DNA of 64,000 bases from Antedon mediterranea. Its lineage: Eukaryota > Animalia > Echinodermata. The translations under genes and the position numbers were made by a program. The DNA lies in assembly GCF_964355755.1 (NCBI RefSeq), contig NC_092671.1, positions 16,678,001-16,742,000 on the forward strand. The letters are read 5' to 3'. Below, piece after piece: positions 25,701-40,700 of the stretch (position 1 is its first letter; every line of letters begins with the position of its first letter). The notes beneath the pieces were generated by a model. It saw nothing but the letters and a program-made list of their open reading frames with translations. It ran no database searches and was not told the DNA's origin.

Positions 25701-28700
25701 TGCAACAAGCAAAAGAAATATATTTGCAATATTTATTAAAAACAACGAAATTCTAAATTCTATTTTATATTTATTTTAAATATTGTAACACAATTTTTAG
25801 ACATACCAATTTTATTTATTTTTCATTTGTAAGCCTATATTATGTTTATTTTGTATATTAAGAAACTTGTAAAGCGCTGCCAGATAAGTTGAGCAAAGCA
25901 GCAGGATCAGGAACCCTCCATCAGTCAACGAATTAAGCACACAGTCGTTGTAATAACGATAAGTCTACATATACCTTCCCAAGCGAATTGGTGTCATTTC
26001 TTAATTTTGGGATACGATTGAATGTAGCATTCTTTCAATAGATAAAAATCTTGATTATCCAGGGTTGCTTATATAATCATAGCTACTTTCTTAACATATT
26101 TTGATTATACCATGCTCGGCATGCTGTATGTGAGTAGGCCTGTTGCAGTTTTTATCATTTCCATATTTTTTAATAGACAAGACTCGATTTATATTATGAT
26201 TTCAGCCGATGTAATATTCTTATCTTACATGTACAGTCGAGTATCGGTCTGGTTTGGTCTGAGCTAGAACGAAGTAAACTATTTAGGAACGAACACATAC
26301 AAGTTGACGCGTGCGAACAAAAAGTGTACGCGTGTGTACGCGCGCGTAACAATGTGTGTCTTTTTTGTGATATCACTGAGGATTTGTTTCCCACTTTAAG
26401 TCCACTTGATGGATCAACTGATAACATCAAAGCTGTGCCTAAACACAAATATCACAAATAATTTTGGTAAAACAACTATCACAACTCCATAATTCGTTTT
26501 ACAAAAAACTTTGTTTTGTTTCCCCTATCTAAAATGAATAAACCAGTAAGCACGAGAAGCTCCACCCTTAACTCATTGAAATAAATTAGGTGGAAGTTTA
26601 AAAACCACCAACTTAATTAAACAATGAATTAAAACTTTCCTACGTGGTTAGATTATGTGACATATCGTGGTCTGTGCTTGTACACTCAAGTTAATTCTTG
26701 CACGCGATGGGGGTGTACAGTCTGAAGTATCCCCAAATTTCTTAAAGATGTATTGTACTCCCCCCCCCCACCCCCCCACACACACACACAGAACATGAAA
26801 AATGAAGGTCAATTAAATCACACTTTGAATAGGTTATTTGTAGTTTTAATAAAGTTAATCCCTTCCGTAAAAAAAACATGACAAAATAAATGGTCAAATT
26901 TAACCAAAAACCAATGGCAGCCAATTTGACTATTTTTTGCTTTAAATTACAGTTTTTTTCAGGGGGGACAATACATCTTTAATACAGTAAATAGGAATAT
27001 CTCTAGTATTTTCTTTTATACATCGTGTTATATTTACTGATGATTTTATTTGGTGAATGATTATTTTCATATGGAAGCTGAATCAAAAGGACACCCACTT
27101 TTTGAATGGTACTTCGGATATTTTACGCATATCAACTGTAGGACTAACTGACACGTTTTCATCATTTAAATACGTTTATACAGTTATTACCGGTATTCAA
27201 TAATAAAGAAATTTAAATTGTCAAATTATCAGCGGATCAAAACATTTTCTAATTTGCAATATTTTTTATCTTCACCTTGTATCTTAAAAGTCACGAATTT
27301 TAAAGCAAGTTTATTATCGGTATTCTAAAATTAATGTTTCTTTCGATTTTCTCGGTTCAAAAACATCACGTTTGTCTTGAAAGAAATTCCGTTTTGGAAA
27401 GAGGAAGTTGAGATGAGTCGTACTTCCGACATGTTTGATACTTCAAATAATGTTAGTGTATACACAACAAGTTTACAGCGACTATTAGCACTACAAGTGT
27501 AAGTATCATAAGCCATGATGTACAGTAGGCCTATACCTTACAATGATCCAGCTCTCAAAATATTAAATCTCTATTTTTATGGTCATGTAGGCCTAACTCA
27601 AATTCAATCATTAAGTCATGGATTTTCTTCCTAACTTCACAATTATATTAAAAAAACATCGACAATATATATGTGGTAACCGCAAAACCTTATCTGTTTA
27701 CTAAATCCACTATCAACTATAGATACATTGAAAAATAATATTCTTTTGAAAACCATATTTAGATGATTATTATGTAAGTAGGTTACAGTGTCAGTGTAAG
27801 AACATGGTCAATGTACTACCTGTTACACATAGGCCTATAGATTCGGTCACAAATCAACATCCAATTACCACCCACTTATTCCAAGTATTATGTTTTAATG
27901 ATGTCAGATTAAATACAAAATAAAATCATTTAAGACGATAATGCTTGTTTTTTTAGACATCGAGGCGTACAATAAAATGGCGTGTAACGTCACGATGTAC
28001 CTATAAATCAAAACCACACTAACATACGGGATGTTGATGATTCTCATGGGCCTAGGTAAAACGCGCGTTCAAGAACGGGGCTGCTTCTATTATTATCGTA
28101 TGGCACAACTGTAAATACCGTTAAAATAATCTAATAAAACGTCATCGTTGTTAAAACTTAATAAACTCGTACCACACACTTTGTTCAACATGTCGTAGTT
28201 AACTAGAATCTCAGTTTATTACTACCGTTTTTCATTAATGCTGATGTTTTTATTTTAATGTTACGTGTGTGTTTACCGGAAGAAAGTTGATAGGTTTCAT
28301 TATCCAGTCGTTTTACATTAATAATAATGAGAGAAGGCTAGAAAGCAGACAGGAAGTACAATTAATTAATGTTGCTTCATCCCTGACCATGTTTTGTTTG
28401 TCATCAGTATATATATATATCTCTTTTAATGCTAAATATCATAAAATAAATAAATAATGATACAAAATTAATTAAAAGTGATTGAAAATGACAGGTTAAA
28501 TAACGTTTAGTGGTACGGTTCCCAAAACATGGAAATAAAAGAGTCCGTTGGCACCGATAGTATACCATAGAGAAATCATGGGTACAGTAAACGTCAAATT
28601 AATTTCACCGCATCGATTTTCATTGTTACCACATATTAAATTATTTTTTTTTTACTTTTTTATTTTTGCTTTAGTCACTTATATGACCGTTAATAACCTC

Positions 28701-31700
28701 TGGCAAAATAACGTGCATCCCATTGTTACTGATTTGCATGGGAATATTCTATCATGATGATAAAGATTTCGCTTCAATCAATATACCGAATACCATCGAA
28801 TAATCCAAGCATGTAATATACCACAAACATACTACCGATATGTTTGGAGTAGCCTACATTTTGTTATTAGTGCCATTTTAACGAAATTATTTATACACGA
28901 GTTCTTACTGAAATGTGGTCATATCTTTATATTTCTGTATGTGTTCTGAGACTGTGAAGACATTTAAAGATATGACTATCAGGACAGTAGTCAGATCAAA
29001 CGTTTTCAAAATTCACACAGATTTATAAAATCATAACAATGTTTTAACGAGTTTAAAATCCGTATTATATACCGTAATGTACACTTTTCAAAAAATATAG
29101 CTATAAGTTATTTACGGTATCTATTATCGTATCGTTTGTAATTAATAAAGTAGGTAGCTTCATTGGTGGCTGCCGTGGGTCCGTGGAGGGCCTAATCCGA
29201 ATTTCTTCAGTTTCCCGTTAACCTAGAAACAAATATTAATACCTTTACCTTTTACATGTTTGGTTACCAATCACAAACTAAACTAAAATAATGGCATTAG
29301 TTAACTAAGAAGATATCTTATCGCCAAAAAAGACTGATAAATACTTATTGAAGAATGTCGGAACTATAACAGTAACAATCTGATTAAAAAACGTTTTTTC
29401 TTGCCAGCAGAAACAGGCCCTATCATAGTTTGAGGTATGCTTAGTTACTGTACAAAAGTGAGTACTTGAATGAACATCAAAAGTTGCTCAAAAAGGAGCT
29501 ATTGTTGGTTTGATTGGTAAGAAACTAAGTAGAGCGCATCAAGACATAGTCAGTCATGGATAGGACAGCTAGACGTGTAGTAATTGTATATAGAATAATA
29601 GATAAAGGACAATGTGGAGGTTTAAGAAATATATGAATACGAAAAGGAGCTTAGGAAGCTGTGTATTCCAGTAACCTCTCGTAAAAGCGGATAACGAAAC
29701 ACTTCAGACCTTTTCAAGGAGATAAATAGAAATAAAAATCAAGTCAATAGGTAGATATACATTCAGATTAGACATGTGTAATTGAGTTTAATCCCTTCAA
29801 ATTGGTAGAATGGACTGTAAAAAGCACAACAAAAGACATTTCTTGGGAATCTTTTTTTTTAATTGTGACGTTAATTTAAGAGTTTCGTAACAGGTGATCA
29901 TCCTGGTCATCTACAATAAGGAGGGACATATATCATACTTGGGTATGCCCATCTTTAAGGAGGGACACATGTATCATACTTGGGTATGTCCATCTTTAAT
30001 TGTCAAAATATATAAAAACTATTTGTATTACAACTCATCCCGTTTTGTAGCCTAAAGCTCTGTCTACATTATCAAACTTTATGTGACCAAAAATGTGATG
30101 TGCCCATATATGGATATGATGATATCATATCACTACCATATTTAGGTATATCAATACCATATTTGGGTACATCAAACTAGTTTGGCAGTGTAGATAGAGC
30201 TTAAACAGTTCAAATCATATCCCTAATTTGAAGTAAGAAAATAAGTTGCATCAACGAAAAAAAATCATGAAAATGAAAGAAATGTACTATGTATATTCTT
30301 AGCATAATACTTTTAGGCTAGCCTGACTGTTAAGTTCCCGTTCAATCCCAGCTACATACCCCGCCTGATATACTTGGTTTGATATTCAATTATGAATACT
30401 AACTATACAGAGATTACCTTTATTAGTTACACTAGTTAAATAAAAAGACAAGTTTCACGACTTTCTTCTATTTACGCACCTCTCATTATTTATTTACATT
30501 GCAATGTGTAAACAGTATCGCAACTCTGTTTGTTATTATCATCACGCAGTGGAGAGTTTGTTCTATAGCTGGATGATTCGTCAAAGCCTACAAAAACAGT
30601 CAGTTCAAATCAATGAATCAATTTATTAAAGTAAACCACCGGTTGAATGAAGTCAGGGTTTAGCTACGTACAATCCAATTTTACACGCTTTCAATCTTTA
30701 CAATTGAACTGTTTGATCATTCAATTACTGATGTTAGTGATAGCAGCTTTCTTTGCGGTATTTAGAGAGAATAAGAACTTCCAGCAAAGTTTTAACTTCG
30801 ATAGGTTTAACCTTACATACCTCGAAATACAATTGAAAACAAATACATTTAGTAAATTTGAAGCTAATCCTCAAGAGCCTTGAATTTTGATTGGGTTTCC
30901 TACCATTATATTTCTAAAATATTCAAATCCTAAAATTATATATTTTAAATTCCTGGTGCTACAGAATATTCCTATTCCAAGTCTAGAATGTTCTGAAATA
31001 ACTAAATTGTTTTCTAGCCTATATTTGACGATCAAAAAAATACTTGAGATACGGACCACTGTTTTCTAAATTTAAGGAACGATATAAATTATCCTTCGTT
31101 TCAAATGTAAAGGCCCATTTAGCCTATAGGCCTACAGGAGGAATAACGATCGACGGAACTCGATAAATATGCTATTTTTACATAAAACAAAATAAATTAT
31201 TAAAGTTTTCGTTCATCCCGTAATTGGCAAGTTATTCGCTGTTTAGTTGGATGCGTATGAAATAAAAACAAATTAAAAAAAATAATAATAATATTGTCCA
31301 CGTCCAATCAAATGACGTCATGATTAATAAGATCAATAATATTTCGTTACGATACAACGATTTTATTGTTCTTATTGATCATGACATCATTTTGATTGGA
31401 TTTTTTTTTAATGGTTATCTAGAATAAAAACTTCTAATTTCGTTGTTTTATATAAGAAAAATGTATATTTAACTATTGATCGTTATCGTTGTCGTCATAG
31501 TGTGTAGCAGCCTTAAATACTCAACATTTGTTCTGGGAATTGACGCGTTTTGATTCACGTTTTGGTCACAAATACCTCTCACTAATAAATAGGCCTACTG
31601 TAAAATGCGCAAATGTATACGATATATAATTTCATATAAATGTATTGATGTTAAAATAGTTAAACAAACGACACTGTAACCTGGGTGATGGGGACAAACT

Positions 31701-34700
31701 TTACTTTTAAATATAATTTCTACTTTTAACATTTAATTTGGCTTTTTATTACGTATTGATTTATATTGAAAAAGAAGTTGAAGAACGAAATGTTAAATTT
31801 TAACTGGCACAGAATTTTCGGGGCGAACGGGTCGTTTGAGATTCAGATCTTGTTATGGATATTTGTCATTAACTATCTGACAAGCGTTTGATTCGTCAAG
31901 GGAACACAAGTTGTTCTTCCGTTCGTCATGCAAGTCACATTCAAACGATCCATTTGATATACAAGTCTTACCCATTCTATACACATGAATGTTTTACAAA
32001 AGACGACATAGGATCAACAAAAATAGATCAGTTTAAAAGAAGAAAAGAAGTAAAATGCTAGCAACTTTGGGACTATACTTATGGTAGGCGTGTGTTATTT
32101 TGCTTATTTCTGCATGGAATTAGGCCTATGTGTCTTAAGAAAGTTATTTGTATCGATGTCGGTTCTGTATTTTATCTAGCCATGGTGTAAAAATAATACC
32201 TACTTCTTTTATTTCACTACACTATACTTAATTTCGTTGGAAGAAATGTGCCACAGTTCAGTTTTTACTGCTACGGGCAATTTTTTGAATCTGTCGGCCT
32301 ATCATATTTTAAAATATTATGTGAATAAAAGAAACAGAATATAATTTATTGGTAAGTTAAATGAATCATCGTTCTAAGCAATAGAAATAAGAAACAGATA
32401 CTTGATAGATAGATATGTCTAGATATTTATATTAGTATAGGCCCTAACTGTGTGAAATATAGAAATAAATGTACAACCGTTTAAAGAAGGTTGTTTGGCA
32501 TCAGTCTGTGCTGATGCTAATTCACAGTGTAGGTCCTATCAGTTATATGTTTCAAATTTTACAATATACAGGTACTGTAGAAGCCTAACTAGACACATAA
32601 CTAATAAATATTATCAATAGGTCTACGACCAAAATAGAATATTAGTTGTTAGTAGTTTTTTAGTATTAGGCCTATCATCGTTGGAATATCATTAGGCCTA
32701 ATTTAAATGTATATACATACAAGATCTATAAGTGTACATGGAGCTACATTGTCAATAGCAACAGCATATTTATAAATTGAAACTCATAAAAGCTAGACTT
32801 CGTTATTGTACTATGCGATACAATAACATCAAGTTAAGAGTTGTAGGTTTTTGTTAAAAGGTGATGCGTGTTCTTTCATTGGCTTGACAAGTATGTTGAC
32901 ATGGATAGTCTAATCTCATTAATTTTGTATGCATTCAAAAGAGGATTTTAACACGAACATTCTATTTCCTTTATGTTATTTGACATTCGTAAGTTGACAC
33001 ATTGAGATGATCCCATCGGTTTGACATGAGACTTATTCCAAGTCTTTTCTTTTCTGATGATGTAATCGTTTTGAATCGACCGGATTAAAACCAATCTATA
33101 TTGACTTGGTATGAAGGTTAACAGTATAAAGAAATTGTTAAAACGTATTATTTATCTGGTATATGTAATTATCTCAAAAGAAAGGAAAGCTTAAGTTAAA
33201 CTATCTATTTGTCAAACGTGTAACCTATACCCGCCAATAGCACGTCACTTACAGCATGGAGCAAAGATAATAGTAGGCCTGCGTACACGAATATTGAGAA
33301 CTAACCTAAAAGTTGAAATACTGTATGGACATTGTTAGACCTATAACTACTTATTATAATATACACGGCTTAGAATATCATACAATTGTTTAGGCAATCT
33401 AACCAGACTATTGCTATCAAACGCTATTATATTATATTTTACCATTTCAGTTTCTACTTATAGAAACTTACATGTTTTATCATACAATATGTGGTATATA
33501 TTTTATTGCTGTCTATGAATTAGGCATTCAGATATATACAATGTTCATTATTTTGGGTCAAAATACTCAAACAGATTGTATCATTGTGTTTAAAATTCTT
33601 ATCTGTTTATATGATCGACAGATAAATATCGTAAGTGATTAATAGAAGTAGTATTTGCGTGTCACTCTTTAAGGGTGGGATGGCCCCGGGTTGAACGAGT
33701 TAATAAAGTAGTATATTGTTAATAATGGCTTATGGGCCAATTTCAATAACGTAGACTGGTTGGCGCAGAACTACTCTGGGATTAAAAAGCAGATTTTACG
33801 GATTAAAAAAATGATTCGATTTTGCTTTGCATCCAGGTTGAGTGACCAATTTGTTTTCAAAGAGCCCTTTCGAGTAACACGATTTTAGAATAAAGACTGA
33901 TATTGTTCGATAGTATTGTAAGAAGTGTCACTGCTGAAGCTGGGACAACTAAAGAAATTAGTCAAGTTGAAAATCAAAGGCTTGTCATTGTTAGGCCTAA
34001 CAACTACAGCTGGAGAAAAACTGATAAGCAAGTCGGGATGTGTGTACAGTGTCTAAAACATTTTACTTTAATGAACAAAGATAGCCGGATCTGTTTACAA
34101 ATCAAGACTTAAATTCAATATTTATTCAATTTGATTTACTTGGGAAAACTTTATATTTAACATATTCATATTGTATGTACACTTTTCAGCATTTGTCAAA
34201 TAAGCGATGGGATGCGACAGGGGCGATGGATTAGGGGCAAGGACGATGGTAATAATTAATTGTCGAGGATTTCAACGCATGCATAATTATTAAGAAATTC
34301 CAACTTTAGATTATCGTTAATATAATTTACTTAATTATTGTAATTTTTCAGTTATGAGTGAGAGACCCTTACTTATTAATAATATCATTATAACTGTTAT
34401 TCAGAAACGAATTCGGGGCCTAAAAACTACTGAACATAAACCCAATGTTCTATACATTTTGTATATTTAGGAAATTTAGAGGGATATTATCATTGTATTT
34501 GTTATTGTTGCTTATATTGTTCTAATATATATCTAATAAAGTTTTTCTATTTATTTAAATGCGTATATAGACTATACCTATTTATGCACATATACATTTT
34601 TCTTTTCACAAATTCATTTAGGATTACCATTGTTGAAAACAATTTTTGTTATGTTTGTTTTTTCTAAATACAACCCTTTTTGTTATGTTTAGTTACATCT

Positions 34701-37700
34701 GTATTTTGATACAGTTCTCGTGGGAGATTAATATTAATAATTCTTTACAAGGATGTGTAATACGTAGGTATGTCAACAAACTGCATCGTCATCTTCAGTC
34801 TTTTAATATTTACGATACTTTGTTGTAACCTTTCTAGTTTAACACATGTTCTTTTTAATCGCATTTCCCCTGACACTCGATTATTGTGTCAGTAAAAATT
34901 AGCAAGACAACTTCATTATCCATACTTGTATAAGTTGGCCCAAGTTATATGATCTATTCAGCCGGCTGTGGGATGATTCCAGGTAATAGAGGTAGTTTCC
35001 CCACCGTCTGACGGGAAATTAGCCATGTCCTAGATGGAGTTCTGCAACTTAACTTTCTGAAGTACTTGAAACAAATGGAAACATTTTGTTTGGTTGGTGA
35101 GTGTAGACTTTGGACAATTTCCGCAGTCACGGCAGCTGTGACTGATGGACATGTTCTTGTTGTTTTCGATTGTTCACACTGTTCAATGTCCCTCAAGTCA
35201 GTAAACTTAACTTATTGATCATGGTGAAAAGCAAAGTGACATTATACTAAGTGACTTAAACTGACCGATTTCGTCATCAAAATTAATGGATCTAAAAAAT
35301 GTGTCTAGAGAAAAAAGATGTAAAGAGATGAGAAACATATGTATGGAAATAAAAGTGGGATGAACCCACACATGAATGGAACTGCTGTATACTAATAAAT
35401 ATGCGCACAGTAAACACATTTAACGCGTAGACTAGCGTGTTAAACAACCTCATTAGTGATCTCTGTAACACGCCCAACGCGTCTAACTTTCCCTGGGTTA
35501 AGCTTGTTACAGTGGAGCTAATAGTCAATGGGACAGCATTTTTTTCGATATCAAATTGGTGGCAAATGCTACCATGCATTTTTGAAAAGGTTACTATGTT
35601 TATATTTAAGAAATCCATGATAGCAATGCCAATTGTACAGCTCTGGAGCTAACTTTAAGTCCATCGGGGTTAACTTGTTACTTTCTTGTATTTCAACTTT
35701 GTATTTACTTTAAATTAAACATTTTTAAATTCTTAAATTTTTAAATTTTAAATTAAAATTCAATATTACATGCCATCACCCTGGCCCAATCAGGTTTGGT
35801 TCGAACGCAAGCAAAATTACAGCTACGAATAATCTTCTGTGATTATATTTATAATACGCTTGGAAAAACTTTTTTTTATTCATTCCGTTTCCGTTAGCCC
35901 TCTCAGTGAAAAACACTGTTCATTTCAGGGGCCCAATAGTCACACAAAACATTATGATAAAAGGAAATGTTAACTTTCAATGATTTCAAAATAACCTAAA
36001 CAAACTTTTATAATTCAATTATTCCGTTGCTTAATTTGATTAAATTAACGAAACATTTTGCAACAATTTTTCATCACAAATCGGGTTACAGGTCATAGGT
36101 CATTAACAAATTAGGTCTAAATTGTCTGATTCATGATTTCTAATTGTAACCACATAATTCATTGGCTTATAAAACATTATCTGAATGGTTACTTAGAAAA
36201 TGTGGTTTATTTTGAAGGATAGTTGTAAATGTTAAAGCAATTACATACATATCTTGGGGATACTACAATATTACGAATTAACGTTAACAATAATTATATT
36301 AAAGTATACAAGTTATACAGTAAGGGAGTTGGTCTTTTCTAACAGTTTATCAATAAAAGCAAAATATTGACCAAAAGGATATTGATGTTGGCAGTTGTTT
36401 ATTAAAGCTGTAAATAATTTTAAGTTGATGAGAATTGTCATAAATTCATTTCCTTAATGATTACTCAACATACATTCTGTGATATTTCATATTTCTATCG
36501 TTTCTTGTCGTATATGAAGGGGAATATAATTATTAACATAAGACAAACTATGTTCCATGTCTTTAGTGCTGTGGTTATTAGTTGGTTTCCAATTAGTAGT
36601 AGAGTCCCTATTAAAAGACCAAACAAAGTGTCCTGAATAGGGATTGTTAATATGTTTATCCTTGTTATTTAACGGGAAAGTTTCCCCATTGGTGTTCCCC
36701 AATTATGGGTGTCCCTTGAATAGGGGTGTATCAGAGTTGTTTTACTGTCGTTTGGCCTACATTGTTCATTCTTATTACCGTAACCTTTTTTTTTTGGCTA
36801 GGATAACGTCAGTTCATACACGTCTATATGTGTTCAATTAGCACGTTGATTGTGGAATAAACATAATAACAAACAGCATCAGTTTGCGCAACGGAAATAA
36901 ATTCGCGTATTCATATCCGTTACGTGTTTGTGGTTGATACTTTTAAAATTGTCTTGACCTTCATGGTCATATGCTTTAAGAGATAAATTGGCCTCTTTCA
37001 ATTAATAGTTAAACTTACTGTTTATATTATTATGCGATGATTCTAACACGCTTGTTTTACGCGTTTGTAGCTCACAGTTAATAGTGCATTGCGACTTTAC
37101 GCAATGTTTATTCTCCGCCAATACACGCTGTATACGCTCAGAATAAACCAACACATCCCTCTTTGATGAAACCGTGCATTATTTAAAAAAATAGATTTCC
37201 TAATATAACTAATCTAGGAAGACAGACTTTGTATTTTTTTGCAAAATCATTAGATTTGGTAAGTCTTCGTTGTTTGTCTTTCGTTAGTTAACATGACTCG
37301 GAAGTCCGCTTTGCAGAATTGCATGAAGAGAGCACGAACAAATACCTTTCGCTCATCGGTTCACGGTACTGAAAGGTGTTAGGGACAGGAAATTTGGGCT
37401 GAACATCTTCATCGTTAAATGGTTAATTGTTAAAGAATTGCCATGCCTCATTTAAATTCTAAACGGTTGCTCTATGCTAGAATCAACACACGAAAACTAC
37501 CTTGTGAAATTTAGCACGATAGTTTGCAAAACAAGAATTTTACACATCGCTGTTTGTGGACAGTTTCCTTAAGAATTTGTGATTTGAAAAAAAAAACACG
37601 AAATATTTCTATTAAATTTTCTTCTACTCACTCAAATCGTATGGTCATCTATTATGCGCTGCTATACCTTGCTATCATTATTTCTAGCATAGGCCTATAA

Positions 37701-40700
37701 TAAGTACTGGGTTTGGTGAACAAATTGCGGTGTAAAATAAAATAGCGATGGAGTATGGAATTAGCCTATATCAACCCTTCGGGGCCTAAAATACACAATA
37801 AGTCCCGAGATGCGATGTTTAGTGATAATCGTATTAGGCTATTAGAGACGGGACCGTAAGGCATATCATTCAACAAAAGAAAACTTAAAAGATGATTCGA
37901 TTCAAATAAGCTTAACTTTATCTCTAGAGGCCATTTTACCTAAGCGATATGAACATAGTCACATAAAACAATATTCAAGTACTGTATGCCTAATATAAAT
38001 GCAATTTTACTTTAGACTAGAGGTACATAACTTATCTCCCTTACACCAAGCCTCTACGGGAGAAGCGCTGAACGAGCTATAATACACACTTTATTATGAA
38101 CCCAATTGTCCATGGCATTGTTTCGGCGATCACAACAAATTTCTAAAGTGCTAAAACACTTACTAACTTTATCAATCCAGTGTATAAGATTGTAAACTAA
38201 TAAAGAAGAATAGTGAGGGAAACCTTCACGTATCGTACCCTCTGACTATTAACACATGCACGCAATGACACGGTAACATCTTAAATATACTATTCAATTA
38301 TTCGCGGTTAAATTTCAATTTCACTTGTATCCTCAAAGGTGTACATAAGTTTGTCTTACCTTAGAATGACGTAGACGATTTTTAAATATCCAAGGTGTCT
38401 GACCAGTTATGACCTTACGTTATTGCCTAATATCCAAATATTCAGTCATATATACATTTTCAAAAAGAAATATCTATCTTTTCATCTTAGTAAGTAGCCC
38501 TAGTAAGGTTAAAACATCACAATACAGAGTTGTTTCCAAAATACTTAAATCTATTGAAGCAACCAGATGGATTACATAATCACGATTTTGTTAATTTGCA
38601 TATTATAACGTGCAGGTTAACTTGCATTATAACGTGTATAGGCTAATTTGCATATACAACGTGAAGCTAAATCAATAGTGTGGTAGATTAAAGCATACCC
38701 ATCTATAATACGCTCATTTATTTGTCATAGAAATCAGATGCATTTGCGTAGCTCATAGTAACAGGCCTACAACATTTCCATCAATTCAACAAAATTTGAA
38801 AGTTCTAAAGTTTGAAATTATAATTGTTGGATTAATATTCTCCAAGCTCCTAAATCGAGTTGTGTGTAGTGACAATAATAAGGGTGAAAATAATAAGGAC
38901 GGTATTGCCTGGGAAGAAGACCTCACACTGGGCTAAAGTTGACAACAATCCAATCGGTAGATACTACCTCACCTGTGCTACTCGTCTAAGAGTTCTTTTT
39001 AATTACACCATTAACATCACTTTTTATCTAGAATTAATTAACTTTTACCTTCTAACCATAAAGCAATTGAAGATCATTTCCGATCCTCAATCATTTGTGG
39101 ATTCATATGTTGACGTTGTTCAACATTTTATGTTTTGTAATAATCGTAAAATCTGTTCAATAAGTTGGTTTAGTAGATTGGAAAACGCATCATTAAAGTA
39201 AAGAGTTTAATAAGGAGTTTTTGTGTTTGGTGCCACACGAAGGCGTTTACAATCGTATCACGTCAGTAAAGTATTCGTTATAGGGCAATAATACATACAG
39301 TTTGAGTGAAGCTGTTTATAATATGTTTACAAGTCGTCTACCAAAATATTTTTCTTTGAGTTAATTATGAATGGTTTATCCGAATAACGATTTAAAAGCT
39401 AATGCTATAAAAATGTACAAGGTCACCTTTTTAGCCAGAGTGAACCTGACATGATTCCACCTACATATTATGCATGTGCTTATTTTCTAGTAAAGTACAT
39501 TTTGTATTTGATTGAGATTTGTTTTATAGGCCTACTGTATGTATTTCTGTCTCAGAGAGCAATACAAATTGATGTACATTGCATTCGTATGATATTAATA
39601 AATAGAAATGTTGTTTCCATTGATGAATTTAATCCGGGTTACTGATGAACTTAATCCGGGTTACGGGCATGTGACATGTTCATAATTGACAGCTTCATAA
39701 TTGATACTTATCAATATTTATTTATGATATTATCTATATATCAATTACTGAAGTTTCCGGATGAGTTCTAAACAGCTCTCACCACACATTACTGCATACC
39801 CTTGGTATTTCGATGATATCGCACCTTATCACGGAAATAAATTAATAAATGTTATTATATTTATTATACAAACTCCTGCCAATTTAAAATACTTATTGTA
39901 AGATAATATTAACCATTGAAACGAATCAATTAGATTGCTTTGACGAATATGCAATAATTCTGTGAGGAATTTGGGTGTTCCTTTTTTATTTTGTCCCTCG
40001 TAACTTTCGGTATTGAAGTAATAAAAAGGCAGCTTTAAAATTAAATTGGATTTATTCATTCATTGTTATTTCTGTCATTGAAATAAATGTTTGTCGTTTG
40101 TCAACAGAAATGTTTAGAGTACGATTGACAGGCTTTACGATTTAAACACAGATTTTATCGCGATTTATAATGGAATTCATTAAAACATAATACTGTGCAT
40201 AAGAAGTAACGAAATATTGCGAAATAATAGCGGAAATAACAAGATCGAGGCAACAACAATTGCTTAGTATAATAGTATTCTACCATCTCTATTCTTTGTT
40301 AAAAATAATTGAAACGCGTATAAAAAAGTAGACGCATCGTTCTACCGTGTGTCACACACGCCACATAATTTAGATTTCGCGCGTCAAAAAAAAATGCGTA
40401 GGCCTACCATGATTAACTGCTGAATACGTCATTATTTTGTTCTAATTCTTTATAGGCTAAAAAAGAGAATATCATCACCGTAACTATTACTAGGCCTATA
40501 AATATACTAAAGAAACTGTTTACAAGTTGTACATGAGTCAGATATAGCTGGATTATACGCTAGACTGGGAATTGTGTCTCACCGGGGACAGTATGGCACT
40601 GTATCCTAATACAGACACGAATCAACACATTTATTTTTTGTTATAATTTCGTCTTACTTGATACACTCTAATATTCGATTAACACGGCTAAGCTTTCTAA

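Noticed and set aside
34954-35690. Possible decayed transposase or nested gene in Wnt3 intron 1
   Set aside because: Slightly coding-like composition but no recognisable motif or consistent frame; a translated search against TE proteins would be needed.
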